DNA from: Octopus sinensis
Lineage: Eukaryota
Direction: 5' to 3'
DNA: 64,000 bases
Assembly: GCF_006345805.1 (NCBI RefSeq)
Contig: NC_043017.1
Span: 32,860,001 to 32,924,000 of the forward strand
The position numbers and the translations under genes are program-made. Shown here piece by piece: positions 61,245 to 64,000 of this stretch. A model generated the notes under the pieces. It worked only from the letters and a program-made list of their open reading frames with translations, made no database searches and was not told where the DNA came from. Every line of letters begins with the position of its first letter. Positions within the stretch are counted from its first letter, which is position 1.

Positions 61245-61920
61245 CTCATGGCTTATGCCAGGGGCGTAACCACCCCACTTATGCGCACCTTTTCCTCCTT
61301 TGGACACTAAAACTCTGCTCGCGAAGACCTGTTGAGGCAAGTGAAATCAATCAACCAATCAAAAGCAAAATCAAATTCGATGACTGGCGTCCGTGCTAGC
61401 AGGGTGCAAAGAGCACCATACGAGTGTGATAATTGACAGAGTGGCTAACCGCCTTCCGTGCCAGTGGAACTTAAAGGGCACCATTCGAGCGTGATCATTA
61501 CCAGCATTGCCTTACTGGCACTTGTGCCTATGCTAGTAGGGTGCCAAGAGCACCATCCAAGCATGATCGTTGCCAGAGCAGCCAACTGGCTTCCATGCCA
61601 GTGGGCACGTAAAAGGGCACCATTCGAGCGTGATCGTTACTAAAGTTGCCTTCTGGCACCTGTGCTGGTGGCATGTATAAAAGGTTTCGAGCGAGGTTGT
61701 TGCCAGTACCACCTGACTGGCCCCCATGCCGGTGGCATGTAAAAAGCACCCTCTACACTCTTGGAGTGGTTGGCATTAGGGAAGACATCCAGCTGTAGAA
61801 ACTCTGCCAAATCAAGACTGGAGCCTGGTGCAGCCATCTGGTTTGCCAGCCCTCAGTCAAAATCGTCCAACCCATGCTAGCATGGAAAGCGGACGTGAAA
61901 TAATGATGATGAGGATGATG
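61245..61920 (+). mobile_element. Long family B copy with 5' extension
   Basis: CATGGCTTATGCCAGG..GAAGACCTGTTGAGGCAAGTG, about five modules, core, tail. Confidence 0.88.
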
Positions 61921-62324
61921 ATATGTAATATTTTGGATTAATGGGTATTTGTCAATTAGTGTGTTGATGTGCTGAGTAAAGCACTGGCATGGTTTGTGTT
62001 ACCTGGTGTCATCTACAGTTGGGGTATATTTCCATTGGATTTACTTCAGGAATTCCACAGTGTTAGTTGAGATGATAATTATTATTATAAATATATATAT
62101 ATATAAGGGAATACAGGAAGTCATCTGGTTTGCACACCCTGACCCTTTTTTTTTCTCTTACAGTAAAAAATCTGCCCAAGCTGTTGTTTAAGATTCTGAA
62201 GGAGAATCTCGCGAAAGAATCATAAGTCCTACACAATCTACAATAAATCCTCCATTAAATTTCCTTACTCGGTAATGCCAAATTTGGCCTCCATTATTGC
62301 ATCTATAAATAGAAGCAAAAAATA

Positions 62325-62556
62325 GGGCGGAGAGCTGGCAGAAACGTTAGCACGCCGGACGAAATGCGTAGCCGTATTTTCGTCTGTCGTTACGTTCTGA
62401 GTTCAAATTCCGCCGAGGTCGACTTTGCCTTTCATCCTTTCGGGGTCGATAAATTAAGTACCAGTTTCGCACTGGGGTCGATGTAATCGACTTAATCCCT
62501 TTGTCTGTCTTTGTTTGTCCCCTCTATGTTTAGCCCCTTGTGGGTAGTAAAGAAAT
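62325..62556 (+). mobile_element. SINE C, full length
   Basis: Family sequence. Confidence 0.92.
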
Positions 62557-62754
62557 ATATAAATAGAAGCAAAATTAAATGGGTGAGTGCCCTGGAAGTA
62601 TTCCTCTGTTGGAAACTCTGGTATTGGGCTGGTAAGCTCTAATAAGCCTAGGGCTGGTATTACAAACCATTTACTTTCACCAGTTTTACCGACCCCCTTT
62701 AATGGAATATCTGAGGAGAAGAATGCAGAAAGCCAGATAAATAATGTTAGTATC

Positions 62755-63188
62755 GGTAAATCCTGTAATTGTAGAAACCCTAGATTATGTCCCCTTGATG
62801 GATTCTGTTTGACTACAAATGTTATTTATAAATGTGTAGTTAGAGAGGATAGTTTTTTTTATAGGCAGTACTGTCAATTTTAAGGCAAGATACAGGGCCC
62901 ACATGAATTCGTTTTTGAAAGAGAAACTCCACTACACTTGCCTCTTATATACACAGTTTAAAGAGGAATAATAAAAGTTACTCTCTTGAACAGTCTATAA
63001 TCTCAAGGGCCCCTTATTTTAGCGTTAATATTAACTAGTGTAAGTTGTGTATAAAAGCATCTCTTGCCATCCTGAGGTCCTTTGGGCCTAAATCATTAAA
63101 TAAATTTACAGAGGTGATCCCTTTCTGCAACGATAAATTTTCTACTTTTCTTAGAATATACAGAAGTAAGGCTAGATGTGGTAGATAA
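62755..63188 (+). pseudogene. Penelope-like element GIY-YIG endonuclease relic
   Basis: KSCNCRNPRLCPLDGFCLTTNVIYKCVV / IGSTVNFKARYRAHMNSF / STTLASYIHSLK..SIISRAPYF..*CKLCIK..LNKFTE; frameshifts at T8 62853-62860 and near 62925. Confidence 0.88.
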
Positions 63189-63779
63189 TATTTAGTTTGC
63201 TTACTGGGTTTCGAAACCAGATAGAAAAATTCCTATGATTAGCAGCCACCTACATGTTTAGCCATAAAATAAAATATAATAATAATTTTTGTCATCCTGA
63301 TGAGGGGGTCATTGACAAGATGCATTTTTAACTCACAATCAGACCATGGCAATGAATTTGCAAAATGGCCATAGATGTGTTTTTTGACCTGATCTTTTGG
63401 ATCTGTCTTACGCTCCTTAGACCTCAACTTACCATGGATTGCGTTTTTAAAAACGAACTATTTTGAGATATTTTTAATTAAGGGGTAAAAACCCCATTTT
63501 TTTTATTCGATTAATATTTTCTAGTCGATCAACATGTTTTAGTAATTCATTTTGATTACCTATTTTAGTTGATTTGTATATACCTATTCTTGACAGGTCT
63601 TTCTATAATTAGGTTCAATTAAAGAACTTGTAGATGGTTTGCAAAATTCAGAAGTGGAGATTTCAGCCTAGAAGATGAAAATCAGTAAGGCCTATACATA
63701 GTTAGGTAATACACCAGTAGTACCTATGAATATATTTATCCCTTAGACAGTTGCATAATCTCTAACTCACAATTTCTCT

Positions 63780-63982
63780 TTACATATGTCCGAATCAGAC
63801 TCCATGATAGATCGTTAGCCACTACACACATTTTTCTTCTCTCCTTGTTTTTTTCTGTGTATCTTTCTGTCGAAGAGTGTAGGCTCGAAACGTAACAGAC
63901 TTTTTCTATTCCTGAGCGTTATACTAATACATCTGTTTGTTTTGTACACCACCTGTCTTTGTTTTTTTCGTAAACTTTCCCT
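63780..63982 (+). mobile_element. Penelope pLTR-like fragment ending in (TA)n
   Basis: Contains GAAGAG..CTCGAAACGT motif. Confidence 0.55.
63862..63899 (+). ncRNA. Degenerate minimal hammerhead-like motif
   Basis: TCTTT-CTG[A>T]CGA-A-GAG-TGTAGG-CTC-GAAA-CG-TA-ACAGA. Confidence 0.5.
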
Positions 63983-64000
63983 ATATATATATGTGTGTGT

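Noticed and set aside
63297-63335. CTGATGA with ATGCAT palindrome downstream of the GIY-YIG relic
   Set aside because: GAAA is absent, there are four extra G, and no stem I.

Overview
Repeat-dominated, AT-rich animal genomic DNA. The SINE families, (TA/CA/TATG)n density and TTAGGG motif suggest an octopus/cephalopod genome; this is recognition from memory, not a database result. I found no confident host protein-coding exon, rRNA, true tRNA gene or CRISPR array. Almost every ORF in the supplied track is an artefact of tandem repeats or SINEs. Contents: a 23/24-bp minisatellite (1-2945, running off the window start); about 25 copies of tRNA-headed SINE 'A' and about 10 of SINE 'C'; a D/E group of tRNA-headed SINEs with shuffled modules; about 15 copies of a 5'-truncated, (GAT)n-tailed family 'B' that looks like a LINE 3' UTR; RTE-clade LINE relics; one Tc1-like and four mariner transposase pseudogenes; piggyBac-type MITEs; a non-autonomous Helitron with intact termini; a MITE carrying (TTAGGG)5; two Penelope-type GIY-YIG relics; and a 100-N gap. 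The most notable result is a set of at least six unrelated minimal type I hammerhead-ribozyme-like motifs. The best is at 17567-17611 (minus strand); another at 60964-61028 sits just downstream of a Penelope endonuclease relic. Several lie in short elements in or next to (TA)n tracts, and one or two lie in fold-back inverted repeats. Other notable structures are very long flanking duplications (56 bp and about 186 bp) around SINE insertions and higher-order arrays born inside retroposons. Family letters are my own labels, protein assignments come from hand translation against remembered motifs, and repeat boundaries are approximate.
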